The notes beneath the pieces were generated by a model, which was not told the origin of the DNA, ran no database searches, and was given only the letters and a program-made list of their open reading frames with translations. A stretch of 63,867 bases of DNA, counting the filler. It is 5 parts of 5 records of this genome, joined end to end, with 100 filler letters (N's around TTAATTAATTAA, not from the genome) between each part and the next. Parts side by side here need not be neighbours in the genome. Positions count along the whole stretch, not along the records: positions 15,448 to 23,205 come from DRR723986_5178; positions 23,306 to 30,441 come from DRR723986_5194; positions 30,542 to 58,244 come from DRR723986_5196; 2 more parts are not named here. One strand, given 5' to 3'. Below are positions 19,393 through 30,542 of this stretch, in pieces. Position 1 is the stretch's first letter; the number at the start of each line of letters is the position of its first letter. The translations under genes and the position numbers were made by a program.

Positions 19393-22044
19393 TCACTCCG
19401 CCGCCTCCCGGTGCTGGACCCGCGCCAGCAGGGCCGCGATCTCGGGCCGGCAGGAGCCGCAGTTGGTCCCCGCCCGAAGGCTCGCGCCGATGGCCTCGAC
19501 GCTCATCAGCCCCTCCGTCTCGATGGCCGAGACGATGGTGTTCACCCCCACCGTGAAGCAGGAGCACAGCACCGGCCCCGGGTCGGGGCGGTCGGCGGGG
19601 CTGCGCCCGGTCAGCACCTCTGCCGCGTCCAGAGTCCCCGGCAGGCCGGAGAGGTAGTCGCGCATCACCGCCACCGGCGTCGGAGCCACGAAGAGCGCGG
19701 CCAGCAACCGCCCGCCCCGGTGGAAGGCGATGCGCGCCGCGCCCCGGGCCGGATCCTGCAGCATCATCACCTCTGCCTCGGGCAGGCCGAAGAGCCTGCG
19801 CGCCTCGGCCTCCCAGTCGTCGGGCCGGTGCTGGCCCGCCAGTTCCAGCCGCCAGCCCGCCTGCGTGCGGGCGCGCGCCCAGTATTCCGACGCGGGCGCG
19901 GGCTTGTCCGCCGAGACGGCAAAGCCGTACCACGCCGCCTGCATCCGCTCGACATTGACGACGCTGGCCTTGCTCTCCGGTTGCCCCGAGACCGGGTCGA
20001 CCATGGCCGCCACCAAGGCGTCGATCCGGGCCGAGGGCGCGGTCTCTCCGGTCCAGTGCATCGGCGCGAAGACCTGCCCCGGCAGGACGTCACTGGTGAT
20101 CCGCACCCGCAGCACGCCCGACCCCAGCGGGCTGGTCACGGTCACGAGGTCCGCCGGGCCGATGCCCTTTCGCGCGGCGTCGTCCGGGTGCATCTCGAGG
20201 AAGGGTTCCGCCAGATGCGCGGACAGGCGCGGCGACAAGGCCGTGCGCGTCATCGTGTGCCACTGGTCGCGGATGCGCCCGGTGTTCAGGCGGAAGGGAA
20301 AGCGCGGTTCGGTGCGCCCCGCCGGGGGCTTCCACGTCACCGGCAGCAGCCGCCCGCGCCCGCCGGGGTGGTAGAACCGCCCGTCTGCGAAGAAGCGCCC
20401 GCCCCGGCGGGTGGCGGTCACGGGCCAGCGCTGCGGCGCCATGGCGGCGTATCCGCTGTCGTTCAGGTCCGCCAGGCCGCTGATGTCGAAGTCGCGGCCA
20501 AAGCCCCCCGCGATGCCCGAAAGCGCCGCGTATTCGCGGAAGATCTCGGCGGGGCTGTCGTAGTCGAAGGCGGCGCGCCAGCCCATGCGCTGGCCCACCT
20601 CGGCGAGGATCGCCCAGTCGGGCCGCGCCTGTCCCGGCGACGGCAGCACCGCGCGCTGGCGGCTGATCGTGCGGTCCGAATTGGTGACGGTGCCGTCCTT
20701 CTCGGCCCATGCGGCGGCGGGCAGGAGCACGTCCGCCAGCCGCGCCGTATCCGTCTGCGCGGTCACGTCGCTGACCACGACGAAGGGGCAGTCGGCGATG
20801 GCGCGTTTCACCGCGTCGGCGTCGGGCATGGACACCACCGGGTTGGTGTGGATGATCCACAGCGCCTTGATCCGCCCGTCGCCCACGGCGCGGAACATGT
20901 CCACCGCCTTCAGCCCCGCCACCTCGGGCATGGAGGGCGCGTTCCAGAAGCCGCGCACCGCAAGGCGGTGGTCGGGGTTCTCCAGATCCAGATGGCAGGC
21001 GAGCATGTTGGCCAGACCGCCAACCTCGCGCCCGCCCATGGCGTTGGGCTGGCCGGTGACGGACAGCGGCCCGCTGCCGGGCTTGCCGATGCGGCCCGTG
21101 GCGAGGTGGCAGTTCAGGATCGCGTTGACCTTGTCCGACCCGCTGGTGGACTGGTTCACGCCCTGCGAAAAGACGGTCACGACCTTCTCGGTGCGGATGA
21201 ACAGGTCGATGAAGGCGCGGATCTTGCCCTCGGACAGGCCCGTGACGGAGACATCGTCGGCCGAGGCCACGTTCACCGCCGCATCGAAGCCCTCCACATG
21301 GCGCAGAAAGGCCGTATCGACCGCGCCGCCCTCGTAGATGTCCGACAGGAGGCGGTTGAAGAGCGCCACGTCGCTGCCCGGCTCCAGCGCCAGATGCAGG
21401 TCGGCATCGTCGCAAGAGGCGGTGCGGCGCGGGTCGATGACCACCAGCCTGGTGCCGCGCCGCTTGCGCGCCGCCAGCACGCGCTGGAACAGCACCGGGT
21501 GGCACCACGCCATGTTCGACCCCACCAGCACGATCAGGTCGGCCTTTTCGAGATCCTCGTAGGTCTGTGGCACCGTATCCGTGCCGAAGGCGCGCCGGTG
21601 CCCCGCCACGGTGGACGCCATGCAGAGGCGCGAGTTGGTGTCGATGTTGGCCGAGCCGATGAAGCCCTTCATCAGCTTGTTGGCGACGTAGTAATCCTCG
21701 GTAAGCAACTGCCCCGAGACGTAGAAGGCCACGCTGTCCGGCCCATGCGCGTCGATGGTCGCGCGGAAACGGTCCGCGACGAGGTTCAGCGCGCCGTTCC
21801 AGCCTGCCTTTCGCCCGTCCACCATGGGCGTCAGGAGGCGGTCTTCCAGCCCCACCGTCTCGCCCAGCGCCGAGCCCTTGGAGCAGAGCCGCCCGAGGTT
21901 GGCGGGATGGTCCGGATCGCCCCGGACCGAAAGCCCGCCCTGCCCGTCGGGCCGCAGCAGCACGCCGCAGCCCACGCCGCAATAGGGACAGGTAGAGCGC
22001 AGCTCACCCGCCGCCTCTTGGGCGGGAACGCCCTGCCCGTCCAT
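19393..22044 (-). CDS. nasA: Assimilatory nitrate reductase catalytic subunit (Mo-bisPGD)
   Basis: STCPYCGVGCG 4Fe-4S motif, NIDTNSRLCMAS, GQPNAMGGREVG, LNTGRIRDQWHTMTRT, C-terminal BFD-like CSCF...GTNCGSC. Confidence 0.96.
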   Translation of the reverse strand: MDGQGVPAQEAAGELRSTCPYCGVGCGVLLRPDGQGGLSVRGDPDHPANLGRLCSKGSALGETVGLEDRLLTPMVDGRKAGWNGALNLVADRFRATIDAHGPDSVAFYVSGQLLTEDYYVANKLMKGFIGSANIDTNSRLCMASTVAGHRRAFGTDTVPQTYEDLEKADLIVLVGSNMAWCHPVLFQRVLAARKRRGTRLVVIDPRRTASCDDADLHLALEPGSDVALFNRLLSDIYEGGAVDTAFLRHVEGFDAAVNVASADDVSVTGLSEGKIRAFIDLFIRTEKVVTVFSQGVNQSTSGSDKVNAILNCHLATGRIGKPGSGPLSVTGQPNAMGGREVGGLANMLACHLDLENPDHRLAVRGFWNAPSMPEVAGLKAVDMFRAVGDGRIKALWIIHTNPVVSMPDADAVKRAIADCPFVVVSDVTAQTDTARLADVLLPAAAWAEKDGTVTNSDRTISRQRAVLPSPGQARPDWAILAEVGQRMGWRAAFDYDSPAEIFREYAALSGIAGGFGRDFDISGLADLNDSGYAAMAPQRWPVTATRRGGRFFADGRFYHPGGRGRLLPVTWKPPAGRTEPRFPFRLNTGRIRDQWHTMTRTALSPRLSAHLAEPFLEMHPDDAARKGIGPADLVTVTSPLGSGVLRVRITSDVLPGQVFAPMHWTGETAPSARIDALVAAMVDPVSGQPESKASVVNVERMQAAWYGFAVSADKPAPASEYWARARTQAGWRLELAGQHRPDDWEAEARRLFGLPEAEVMMLQDPARGAARIAFHRGGRLLAALFVAPTPVAVMRDYLSGLPGTLDAAEVLTGRSPADRPDPGPVLCSCFTVGVNTIVSAIETEGLMSVEAIGASLRAGTNCGSCRPEIAALLARVQHREAAE

Positions 22045-22376
22045 CACGCGGCGCTCCGTTTCAGCAGCGAAGAGGCGTCCAGCAGGATGCGCCCGCCGTC
22101 CAGCCGCACGGGGTAGGTGTCGATGCGGCCCTCGTCCGCGCCCTGCGCCTGCCCGGTGTTCAGGTCGAACACCCAGTTGTGCAGCGGGCAGGTGACGCTG
22201 GTGCCGTGCACGATGCCCTCGGACAGCGGCCCGCCCTTGTGGGGGCAGGTGTTCGAGGCGGCAAAGACCTCTGCCTCTGCGGTGCGAAAGATCGCGACGC
22301 AGCCCAGCGCCGTCTTCACCATGCGCGCACCCCGCAGGGGAACGTCGTCGATGTGGCCGATGTCGATCCAGTTCAT
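22044..22376 (-). CDS. nirD: Nitrite reductase (NADH) small subunit, Rieske-type
   Basis: CPHKGGPLSEGIVHG...CPLHNW. Confidence 0.95.
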   Translation of the reverse strand: MNWIDIGHIDDVPLRGARMVKTALGCVAIFRTAEAEVFAASNTCPHKGGPLSEGIVHGTSVTCPLHNWVFDLNTGQAQGADEGRIDTYPVRLDGGRILLDASSLLKRSAA

Positions 22377-22428
22377 GAGCGTGATCCTTCCGAGGGGTCT
22401 GGCCCGCCCCGCCGGGACGGGCGCGGGG

Positions 22429-23205
22429 TCATTCGGCAGCCTGCAACGTCAGGTCCGCAAGCGGCTGGAAGCGGCGCGCCTGATCCGGCACGGCGCGTTC
22501 GGCCCATGGATCCGTCTGGTAGACGGACTGCGAGATGTCGAAACGGTCGACCAGCGCGGCCCGCTCGGCATCGTCGGCAAGCACCGTCTTCACCCAGTCG
22601 AGGCCGACCTTGGCGACCCACTTGTATGGCCGGTCGAGGTACTTGGCGTTCTCGCGGTACAGCTGGACGAAGGCGGTGGTCCATTCGATGACCTCTTCCT
22701 CTGTCCGCACGTCCACCAGCCGTTCCGTCTCCTTGACGTCCATGCCCGCGGCGCCCGCCACGCTGACCTGATAGCCGCTGTCGACGCAGATGATGCCCAC
22801 GTCCTTGCAGGTCGCCTCGGCGCAGTTGCGCGGGCAGCCCGAGACGCCCAGCTTGACCTTGTGCGGCGTCCACGACCCCCAGAGCTTGCGCTCCAGCTTT
22901 ATGCCGAGGCCGGTGCTGTCCTGCGTGCCAAAGCGGCACCAGTCCTTGCCCACGCAGGTCTTTACCGTGCGCAGACCCTTTGTGTAGGCGTGGCCGGATA
23001 CCATGCCCGCCTCGTTCAGGTCGTACCAGATCGCCGGCAGGTCCTCTTTCTTGACGCCCAGAAGGTCGATGCGCTGGCCGCCCGTGACCTTGACCGTGGC
23101 GCCGTATTTCCTCGCCGCCTCGGCGATGGCGATCAGTTCCTCGGGCGTGGTCATGCCGCCCCACATCCGGGGCATCACCGAATAGGTGCCGTCCTTCTGG
23201 ATGTT
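22429..23205 (-). CDS. nirB: Nitrite reductase (NADH) large subunit, C-terminal part (5' truncated)
   Basis: NIQKDGTYSVMPRMWGG, RTVKTCVG..WCRFG, VSGCPRNCAE siroheme/4Fe-4S motifs. Confidence 0.95.
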   Translation of the reverse strand, partial: NIQKDGTYSVMPRMWGGMTTPEELIAIAEAARKYGATVKVTGGQRIDLLGVKKEDLPAIWYDLNEAGMVSGHAYTKGLRTVKTCVGKDWCRFGTQDSTGLGIKLERKLWGSWTPHKVKLGVSGCPRNCAEATCKDVGIICVDSGYQVSVAGAAGMDVKETERLVDVRTEEEVIEWTTAFVQLYRENAKYLDRPYKWVAKVGLDWVKTVLADDAERAALVDRFDISQSVYQTDPWAERAVPDQARRFQPLADLTLQAAE

Positions 23206-23305
23206 NNNNNNNNNNNNNNNNNNNNNNNNNNNNNNNNNNNNNNNNNNNNTTAATTAATTAANNNNNNNNNNNNNNNNNNNNNNNNNNNNNNNNNNNNNNN
23301 NNNNN
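23206..23305. other. Contig junction (N-run plus linker)
   Basis: N-run with TTAATTAATTAA. Confidence 0.99.
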
Positions 23306-23306
23306 C

Positions 23307-23933
23307 AGTGTTCAGGACGAAGCCGCCCAATTGTGTACGACTTTGATGGATCTGCAGCCAGGCCAGAGGGTACTGGATGCCTGCGCCGCGCCGGGCGGCA
23401 AGACCTGCGCCATCCTTGAAGCCTGTGGCGCACTGGACGAAGTGGTGGCCATCGACGAATCCGCCGAGCGCCTGCCCCGGGTCCAGGAAAACCTGGACCG
23501 GCTCGACCTGCAGGCCACCCTGACCCAGGCCGATGCCGCCGATATCGACAGCTGGTGGGACGGCACGCCCTTCGACCGCATCCTGCTGGACGTTCCCTGC
23601 AGCGCTACCGGCGTGATTCGCCGGCACCCGGACATCAAACTGCTGCGCCGGGAATCCGATATTGTGCCGCTGGCCAGTATCCAGCTTGGCCTGCTGGAGG
23701 CCATGTGGTCTATCCTGAAGCCCGGTGGGCGACTGGTGTATGCCACCTGTTCGGTGTTTCCACAGGAGAACCACCGTATAATCCAGCGATTCCTGAAGCA
23801 GCAGAATCAGGCAACGCTGAAGTGTATCGAGGCAGACTGGGGCCGGGACATGAACACCGGGCGTCAGCTGTTCCCAGACCCGGACAGCCATGACGGCTTT
23901 TTCTACGCCGTGCTGGAGAAACCTGAACCATGA
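23307..23933 (+). CDS. rsmB: 16S rRNA m5C967 methyltransferase, C-terminal part (5' truncated)
   Basis: [47 protein letters not shown]. Confidence 0.95.
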   Translation, partial: SVQDEAAQLCTTLMDLQPGQRVLDACAAPGGKTCAILEACGALDEVVAIDESAERLPRVQENLDRLDLQATLTQADAADIDSWWDGTPFDRILLDVPCSATGVIRRHPDIKLLRRESDIVPLASIQLGLLEAMWSILKPGGRLVYATCSVFPQENHRIIQRFLKQQNQATLKCIEADWGRDMNTGRQLFPDPDSHDGFFYAVLEKPEP

Positions 23934-25333
23934 AAATCCTGATTCTCGGCGCCGGCCAGGTCGGCGGCACCCTGGCGGAAAACCTGGCAAACGAAGCCAA
24001 CGACATCACCGTGGTGGACAACGACAGCGCCCGCCTTCGTGAACTGCAGGACCGGCTCGATATCCGCACCATGCATGGCCGCGCCTCCTATCCCACGGTA
24101 TTGCGACAGGCCGGTGCCGAAGATGCCGACATGATCATCGCGGTAACAAACAGCGATGAAACCAACATGGTGGCGTGCCAGGTCTCCAAGCTGCTGTACA
24201 AGACCCCCACTACCATCTGCCGGGTGCGGGCCGGCGCCTATCTGGCCAAGCCGGAACTGTTCTACAACCGGGATACTGTCAAGGACCTGGACAGCCTGAG
24301 AGGCTTCCCCCTGGACGTTCTGATCAGTCCGGAACATCTGGTGACCCAGCACATTACCCGGCTGATTGAATACCCCGGTGCTCTGCAGGTACTGGAGTTC
24401 TCCAAGGGCCTGACCCGACTGGTCGCCATTCGCGCCACCGAGGGCGGCCCGCTGGTGGGGCACGAACTGTCCTACCTGCGCACCCACATGCCCAAGATCG
24501 ATACCCGGGTGGCGGCGATTTTCCGCAAGGACCGGGCCATCATGCCCCAGGGCGATACCGTGATTGAAGACGGCGACGAAGTGTTCTTCATCGCCGCTGC
24601 CGACCATATCCGTTCGGTGATGAGTGAACTGCAACCGCTGGAGAAGCCCTACAAACGCATCTTTATCTGCGGCGGTGGCAACATCGGCTACCGGCTGGCC
24701 AACACCCTGGAAGACCGCTACCAGGTGAAACTCCTGGAACGGGACCATGAACGCTGCGTGATGCTGTCCGAGCGCCTGCGCAAGACCGTGGTACTGGAAG
24801 GTAACGCGGCCAACAAGGACATCCTGCTGGAAGAGAACATCGAAAATACCGATGTGTTCTGCGCCGTCACCAACGACGACGAAGCCAACATCATGGCCTC
24901 GTTGCTGGCCAAACGACTGGGTGCCCGCAAGGTCCTGACCCTGATCAACAATCCGGATTACGTGGATCTGATCCAGGGCGGCGATATCGACGTGGCCATC
25001 TCACCCCAGCAGACCACCATCGGCAGCCTGCTTACCCACGTGCGCCGGGGTGACGTGGTGAACGTGCACGCCCTGCGCCGGGGCGCGGCCGAAGCCATTG
25101 AGGCCATCGCCCACGGCGACCACCGTTCCTCCAAGGTGGTTGGCAAGCGCCTGGACGAAATCAATCTGCCATCCGGAACGACCATTGGTGCCATTGTCCG
25201 GCACAACGAAGTGCTCATCGCCCATGACCACCTGCGGGTGCAACCAGACGACCACGTGATCCTGTTCCTGGTGGACAAATCACGCATCCGGGACGTCGAG
25301 AAACTGTTCCAGGTGGGCCTCACGTTCTTCTGA
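23930..25333 (+). CDS. trkA: Trk potassium uptake NAD-binding subunit
   Basis: [12 protein letters not shown], second RCK domain [20 protein letters not shown]. Confidence 0.97.
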   Translation: MKILILGAGQVGGTLAENLANEANDITVVDNDSARLRELQDRLDIRTMHGRASYPTVLRQAGAEDADMIIAVTNSDETNMVACQVSKLLYKTPTTICRVRAGAYLAKPELFYNRDTVKDLDSLRGFPLDVLISPEHLVTQHITRLIEYPGALQVLEFSKGLTRLVAIRATEGGPLVGHELSYLRTHMPKIDTRVAAIFRKDRAIMPQGDTVIEDGDEVFFIAAADHIRSVMSELQPLEKPYKRIFICGGGNIGYRLANTLEDRYQVKLLERDHERCVMLSERLRKTVVLEGNAANKDILLEENIENTDVFCAVTNDDEANIMASLLAKRLGARKVLTLINNPDYVDLIQGGDIDVAISPQQTTIGSLLTHVRRGDVVNVHALRRGAAEAIEAIAHGDHRSSKVVGKRLDEINLPSGTTIGAIVRHNEVLIAHDHLRVQPDDHVILFLVDKSRIRDVEKLFQVGLTFF

Positions 25334-25467
25334 TTGATCTCAGGCAAAACAACACCCTGGCTGGCACTTAGAAATGCGGCGCCGGCCAGCGTATAATGCG
25401 CGTTTTCAAATTTTCGGAGTGCCCCGGAACCGGGGCCCACACACAGACTGACCAGCAGGCAAACGTC

Positions 25468-26490
25468 GTGACAGACAAGGCAACCAACAACTCCGCGCCG
25501 GACATCAAGACCTTCCAGGGTCTGATCCTGGCATTGCAGAATTTCTGGGCGCAGCACGGCTGCGTGGTTCTCCAGCCCCTGGACATGGAAGTGGGCGCCG
25601 GTACCTTCCACCCGGCCACCTTCCTGCGATCCATTGGTCCGGAAACCTGGAACTCCGCCTACGTCCAGCCCAGCCGCCGCCCCACCGACGGCCGTTACGG
25701 CGAGAACCCCAACCGCCTGCAGCACTACTACCAGTTCCAGGTGGTTCTGAAGCCGTCTCCGGACAACATTCAGGAGCTGTACCTGGATTCTCTGCGCGCC
25801 CTGGGCCTGGACCCGTTGGTGCACGACATCCGCTTTGTCGAAGACAACTGGGAATCGCCGACCCTGGGCGCCTGGGGCCTGGGCTGGGAAATCTGGCTGA
25901 ACGGTATGGAAGTGACCCAGTTCACTTACTTCCAGCAGGTAGGCGGCCTGGAATGCTATCCGGTCACCGGCGAGCTGACCTACGGCCTTGAGCGTATCGC
26001 CATGTACCTGCAGGGCGTCGACAGCGTGTACGACCTGGTCTGGACCAATGGCCCGGATGGCGTGGTCACTTACGGCGACGTGTTCCACCAGCAAGAGGTG
26101 GAGATGTCCACCTACAACTTCGAACACGCCGACACCGAGTTCCTGTTCCACAGCTTCGATGTCTATGAGCGGGAAAGCGCCCGCCTGATCGACGCCGGCC
26201 TGCCGCTGCCGGCCTATGAGCAGGTGCTCAAGGCCTCCCACACTTTCAACCTGCTGGACGCCCGTCACGCCATCTCCGTGACCGAGCGCCAGCGTTTCAT
26301 CCTGCGTGTACGCACCCTGGCCCGTTCTGTTGCTCAGGCCTACTTCGAGAGCCGTCGCAAGCTGGGCTTCCCGCTGGCCCCGGAACACCTCCGCAAGGAA
26401 GTGCTGGCCGCCGCTGAAGCCGCCGACGCCAAGGCCAGTAAAAAGGGCAAGAAAGCCAACAAGGCACCGCAGGAACAGGGGAACGCATAA
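25468..26490 (+). CDS. glyQ: Glycine-tRNA ligase alpha subunit
   Basis: [36 protein letters not shown]; likely GTG start 25468; TATAAT at 25392-25397. Confidence 0.98.
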   Translation: MTDKATNNSAPDIKTFQGLILALQNFWAQHGCVVLQPLDMEVGAGTFHPATFLRSIGPETWNSAYVQPSRRPTDGRYGENPNRLQHYYQFQVVLKPSPDNIQELYLDSLRALGLDPLVHDIRFVEDNWESPTLGAWGLGWEIWLNGMEVTQFTYFQQVGGLECYPVTGELTYGLERIAMYLQGVDSVYDLVWTNGPDGVVTYGDVFHQQEVEMSTYNFEHADTEFLFHSFDVYERESARLIDAGLPLPAYEQVLKASHTFNLLDARHAISVTERQRFILRVRTLARSVAQAYFESRRKLGFPLAPEHLRKEVLAAAEAADAKASKKGKKANKAPQEQGNA

Positions 26491-26492
26491 TC

Positions 26493-28574
26493 ATGGCAAC
26501 TCAGGATTTTCTGGTCGAACTGGGCACCGAGGAACTGCCTCCGAAAGCCCTCAAGCCACTGTCTGACTCCTTCACCCAGGGCATTGTCAAAGGCCTGGAA
26601 GAAGCCGGCGTGGCCTTTGGTGCGGTGGAAAGCTTCGCAGCACCCCGTCGTCTGGCGGTACGGATCCGGGACCTGGCCGATGCCCAGCCGGACAAATCGG
26701 TGGAAAAGCGCGGCCCGGCCGTGAAAGCGGCGTTTGATGACTCCGGTAACCCGACCCGGGCGTTGACCGGCTTCGCCACCTCCCTGGGGATTACCCCGGA
26801 TCAGCTCGACACCATGGAGACCGACAAGGGTGCCTGGCTGGTGTACCGTACCGTTGAGAAGGGCAAGCCCACCGTAGAACTGATGCCGGATCTGGTCGAG
26901 AAATCCCTGGCCGCCCTGCCCATTCCCAAGCGTATGCGCTGGGGTGCCTGGAAGACGGAATTCGTGCGCCCGGTGCACTGGCTCATTCTGTTGTACGGCA
27001 ACAAGGTGATTGAAGCACCGGTGATGAACCTCAAGCCCGGCAACAAGACCCGTGGCCACCGGTTCCACTGCCCGAAAGAGCTGATTGTGCCCACCCCGGC
27101 CGACTACGAAGTGGTGCTCAAGCAGGAGGGCTACGTACTGGCAGACTTCGCCGAGCGTCGTGAGCAGATCCGCGCCGGCGTGGCCACGCTGGCGGAGAAA
27201 GAAGCCGGCGGCAAAGCCGTGATCGACGAAGACCTGCTGGACGAAGTGACGGCCCTGAACGAATGGCCGGTACCCTTGATGGGGCGCTTCGAGGAGCGCT
27301 TCCTGGATGTACCCGCCGAAGCCCTGATCTCCTCCATGAAGGAACATCAGAAGTACTTCCACGTGGTGGATGCCGGCGGGAAGATGCTGCCGCTGTTCAT
27401 CACCGTGGCCAACCTGGAGAGTAAAGACCCGGCCCAGGTGATTTCCGGTAACGAGAAGGTGATTCGCCCGCGCCTGTCCGACGCCGCCTTCTTCTACGAC
27501 ACCGACCGCAAGACCAGGCTGGAAGACCGCATCGAGGCACTCAAGCCCATCGTGTTCCAGGACAAGCTGGGCAGCATCTTCGACAAATCTGTACGGGTAG
27601 CAGCCCTGGCCAAAAAGATTGCCGAAGCCATCAACAGCGACCCGGCTCTGGCCGAGCGGGCTGCCATGCTGGCCAAGACCGACCTGGTCACCGAAATGGT
27701 GCTGGAGTTCACCGACCTGCAAGGCATCATGGGCCAGTACTACGCTGCCAACGACGGCGAACATGCCGATGTCGCCAAGGCCCTGAACGAGCAGTACATG
27801 CCGCGCTTTGCCGGCGACGATCTGCCCACCACCCTGACCGGCTGCGCCGTGGCCATCGCCGACCGCATCGATTCCCTGGTCGGCCTGTTCGGCATCAACC
27901 AGCCGCCGTCCGGTACCCGGGACCCGTTCGCCCTGCGTCGTGCTTCTCTCGGTGTGCTGCGCATCATCATCGAACGTAAACTGCCGCTGGACCTGCAGAC
28001 GGTGTGCGAGTGGGCGGAACAGAACTTTACCGTGCTGACCGAGAAGAACACCGCCAGCACCGTGGTGGACTACATGCTGGAGCGTTTCCGTGCCCACTAT
28101 GATGAGCAGGGCATCGGCGCCGAAGTGTACCTGGCTGTGCACGCCCGCCGCCCAACCCGCCCGCTGGACTTCGATCGCCGCGTAAAAGCCGTGGAAGCCT
28201 TCCGCCAGCTGCCGGAAGCCCAGGCTCTGGCAGGCGCCAACAAGCGGGTTTCCAACATCCTCACCAAACAGGGTGGTGACAGCATCGGCGAGACCGTAGA
28301 CAACACACTGTTGCAGGACGCTGCCGAGAAGACCCTGGCCGCGAAGGTGGAAGAGCAGGCACAGAAAGTACTGCCGATGTTCGAGCAGGGTGACTACGCC
28401 AGTGCGCTGACGTCGCTGGCCAGCCTGCGTGAGCCGGTCGACACCTTCTTTGATGAAGTGATGGTGATGGCAGACGAAGAAGCCGTGCGCAACAATCGTC
28501 TGGCACTGCTGAACCGCCTGCGCAACCTGTTCCTGCGGGTTGCCGACATCTCCCTGCTGCCCACAGCAGGCTGA
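26493..28574 (+). CDS. glyS: Glycine-tRNA ligase beta subunit
   Basis: LVELGTEELPPK, FVRPVHW, EFTDLQGIMG, DPFALRR. Confidence 0.98.
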   Translation: MATQDFLVELGTEELPPKALKPLSDSFTQGIVKGLEEAGVAFGAVESFAAPRRLAVRIRDLADAQPDKSVEKRGPAVKAAFDDSGNPTRALTGFATSLGITPDQLDTMETDKGAWLVYRTVEKGKPTVELMPDLVEKSLAALPIPKRMRWGAWKTEFVRPVHWLILLYGNKVIEAPVMNLKPGNKTRGHRFHCPKELIVPTPADYEVVLKQEGYVLADFAERREQIRAGVATLAEKEAGGKAVIDEDLLDEVTALNEWPVPLMGRFEERFLDVPAEALISSMKEHQKYFHVVDAGGKMLPLFITVANLESKDPAQVISGNEKVIRPRLSDAAFFYDTDRKTRLEDRIEALKPIVFQDKLGSIFDKSVRVAALAKKIAEAINSDPALAERAAMLAKTDLVTEMVLEFTDLQGIMGQYYAANDGEHADVAKALNEQYMPRFAGDDLPTTLTGCAVAIADRIDSLVGLFGINQPPSGTRDPFALRRASLGVLRIIIERKLPLDLQTVCEWAEQNFTVLTEKNTASTVVDYMLERFRAHYDEQGIGAEVYLAVHARRPTRPLDFDRRVKAVEAFRQLPEAQALAGANKRVSNILTKQGGDSIGETVDNTLLQDAAEKTLAAKVEEQAQKVLPMFEQGDYASALTSLASLREPVDTFFDEVMVMADEEAVRNNRLALLNRLRNLFLRVADISLLPTAG

Positions 28575-28580
28575 GACACA

Positions 28581-28613
28581 CAGGCCGCTGGTTCACGATA
28601 AACCAGCGGCCTG
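28581..28613. terminator. Hairpin between convergent glyS and trkH (probable shared terminator)
   Basis: Perfect 13-bp stem CAGGCCGCTGGTT-7nt-AACCAGCGGCCTG. Confidence 0.7.
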
Positions 28614-28631
28614 CCTGTCCTGCTTTTCCAC

Positions 28632-30077
28632 TCAGCTGCGCCAGAAGTCCGGCGACAACATCACAAACACACTCAACAGTTCCAACCGGCCCAGAATCAT
28701 GGCGCCCATCAGGACCCATTTGGCCGCATCCGGCAACGTCTGGAAATTGCCTGCAGGACCGATTGTATCGCCCAGTCCTGGCCCGACATTCGTCAAAGCC
28801 GTAGCCGCTCCGGAAAGGCTGGTCACCAGATCCAGTCCCAATGCACCCAGAATCGCCGTCACCAGCGCCAGCGTCGCCAGAAAGATGAAAGAGAAGGCGA
28901 CACTGGAGGCCACGATATCGTCACCAATCACCCGCCCGTTGTAGTTGCGGGCAAACACCGCGTGAGGGTGCAGCAAACGACGTACCTGCTCCCTGAGCAA
29001 CAGCATGGACAGCTGAAACCGGAAGATTTTCATGCCACCGGACGTGGACCCGGAACAGCCGCCGACAAAGGTGATGAACAGAAACACCACCACCGCAAAC
29101 GGGCCCCACAAGGAATAGTCGGTAGAAGCATAGCCCGTGGTGGTCACCACCGACGTAACATTGAACAGCGCTGAAACAAAGGTCTCAAACGGATCTACCG
29201 GTTCCCTCAGAACCCGGTAAATGGTCAGCAACGCAGCGACAATCACCAGGAACCGGAGGAAGAAACGCACCTGCTGATCCCGAATCAGGGGCTGGCGCTG
29301 CCCGTGAATAAACCGGACAAACAGAAAGAACGGCATGGCGCCCATCGCCATGAATACCGTCGACGCCAGGAGAATGGACGGCGAATCAAACTGCCCCATG
29401 GAGCTGTCTGAAGTGGAATAGCCGCCGGTCGATACCGTGGTCAACGCGTGATTCAGTGCCTGAAAGAAACTCATCCCCAGCAGCCAGTAGGTGAGCACGC
29501 AACCGAGCGTCAAGCCCAGATAGATGAGTACCAGACTGCGGGCCAGATGGTTGGTGCGGGGCACCGCTTTCTCGTTCCATTCGGACGATTCGGTGGCAAA
29601 CAGCCGCATACCGCCAATCCGGAGAAACGGCAGGATGGCAACGGCCATACCGATGATCCCGATACCGCCCATCCATTGCATAATCGAACGCCAGAGCAAA
29701 ATGTCGTCCGGCAGATGATCCAGGCCGGTGAGCACGGTGGAACCGGTGGTGGTCACGCCGGAAATGCTTTCAAAGAAGGCATCGGTCATGCTCAGCTTCA
29801 TGTCGCTCAGCAGCAGCGGCAAACTGGAGAACAGCGGAATCACAACCCACGCCGACACCGTCAGCAAGAACATTTGTTGTTGCCTCAAGGCGTGTTTCTG
29901 CCGCCCCGCCAAAGCCAGAGCCGCGGCACCAATGCCGAAACAGACCACCGAGGATTTCACGAACGCCAGCCAATCCGGCGTATCACCGAATACCAGCAGG
30001 TTAACCGGAAGGGTCATTAGGAAACTGAGCAGGATGAGCAGAAAACCGAGGATCTGAACAATGGGGATAATGTTCAC
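28632..30077 (-). CDS. trkH: TrkH-family potassium uptake permease
   Basis: FFESISGVTTTGST, TVSTGG, GGCSGSTSGGMKIFR, NVGPGLG, GRLE; likely GTG start 30077. Confidence 0.95.
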   Translation of the reverse strand: MNIIPIVQILGFLLILLSFLMTLPVNLLVFGDTPDWLAFVKSSVVCFGIGAAALALAGRQKHALRQQQMFLLTVSAWVVIPLFSSLPLLLSDMKLSMTDAFFESISGVTTTGSTVLTGLDHLPDDILLWRSIMQWMGGIGIIGMAVAILPFLRIGGMRLFATESSEWNEKAVPRTNHLARSLVLIYLGLTLGCVLTYWLLGMSFFQALNHALTTVSTGGYSTSDSSMGQFDSPSILLASTVFMAMGAMPFFLFVRFIHGQRQPLIRDQQVRFFLRFLVIVAALLTIYRVLREPVDPFETFVSALFNVTSVVTTTGYASTDYSLWGPFAVVVFLFITFVGGCSGSTSGGMKIFRFQLSMLLLREQVRRLLHPHAVFARNYNGRVIGDDIVASSVAFSFIFLATLALVTAILGALGLDLVTSLSGAATALTNVGPGLGDTIGPAGNFQTLPDAAKWVLMGAMILGRLELLSVFVMLSPDFWRS

Positions 30078-30259
30078 AGGGCAGGGGGCTCCGATGTCCG
30101 GACACAGGCCAGTCACAACGCCTTACAAGGCAAGGCGACATCCACGCCGCTGTTATACGCCCATTCAACCGGGTTTACCACTGCCAGGGCGAGGCTTCTG
30201 CTAGCCACCGATCCGGACAATCCACAACAGAATTTTTGAATTCCAGCCCGGGGAAGGGG

Positions 30260-30287
30260 TAGCAAAACCGCCGCCAATGCGTATAAT
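30260..30287 (+). promoter_or_regulatory. Sigma70-type promoter of tRNA-Pro
   Basis: TAGCAA-16nt-TATAAT immediately upstream of the tRNA. Confidence 0.55.
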
Positions 30288-30300
30288 ACCGGCCGTTGAT

Positions 30301-30377
<77 letters not shown>

Positions 30378-30441
30378 CTTTCCCGCTTTTGTCTAGTCTT
30401 CCCCGTGTTCGACAAGTATTAATTCTTCCAGCTCAAAACCC

Positions 30442-30541
30442 NNNNNNNNNNNNNNNNNNNNNNNNNNNNNNNNNNNNNNNNNNNNTTAATTAATTAANNN
30501 NNNNNNNNNNNNNNNNNNNNNNNNNNNNNNNNNNNNNNNNN
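30442..30541. other. Contig junction (N-run plus linker)
   Basis: N-run with TTAATTAATTAA. Confidence 0.99.
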
Positions 30542-30542
30542 C

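Noticed and set aside
18256-22116. 1286-aa + strand ORF and other long overlapping ORFs in the high-GC contigs
   Set aside because: They lie antisense to clear genes (nasA, tamA, glyS), have no recognisable domains, and are expected from GC and codon bias
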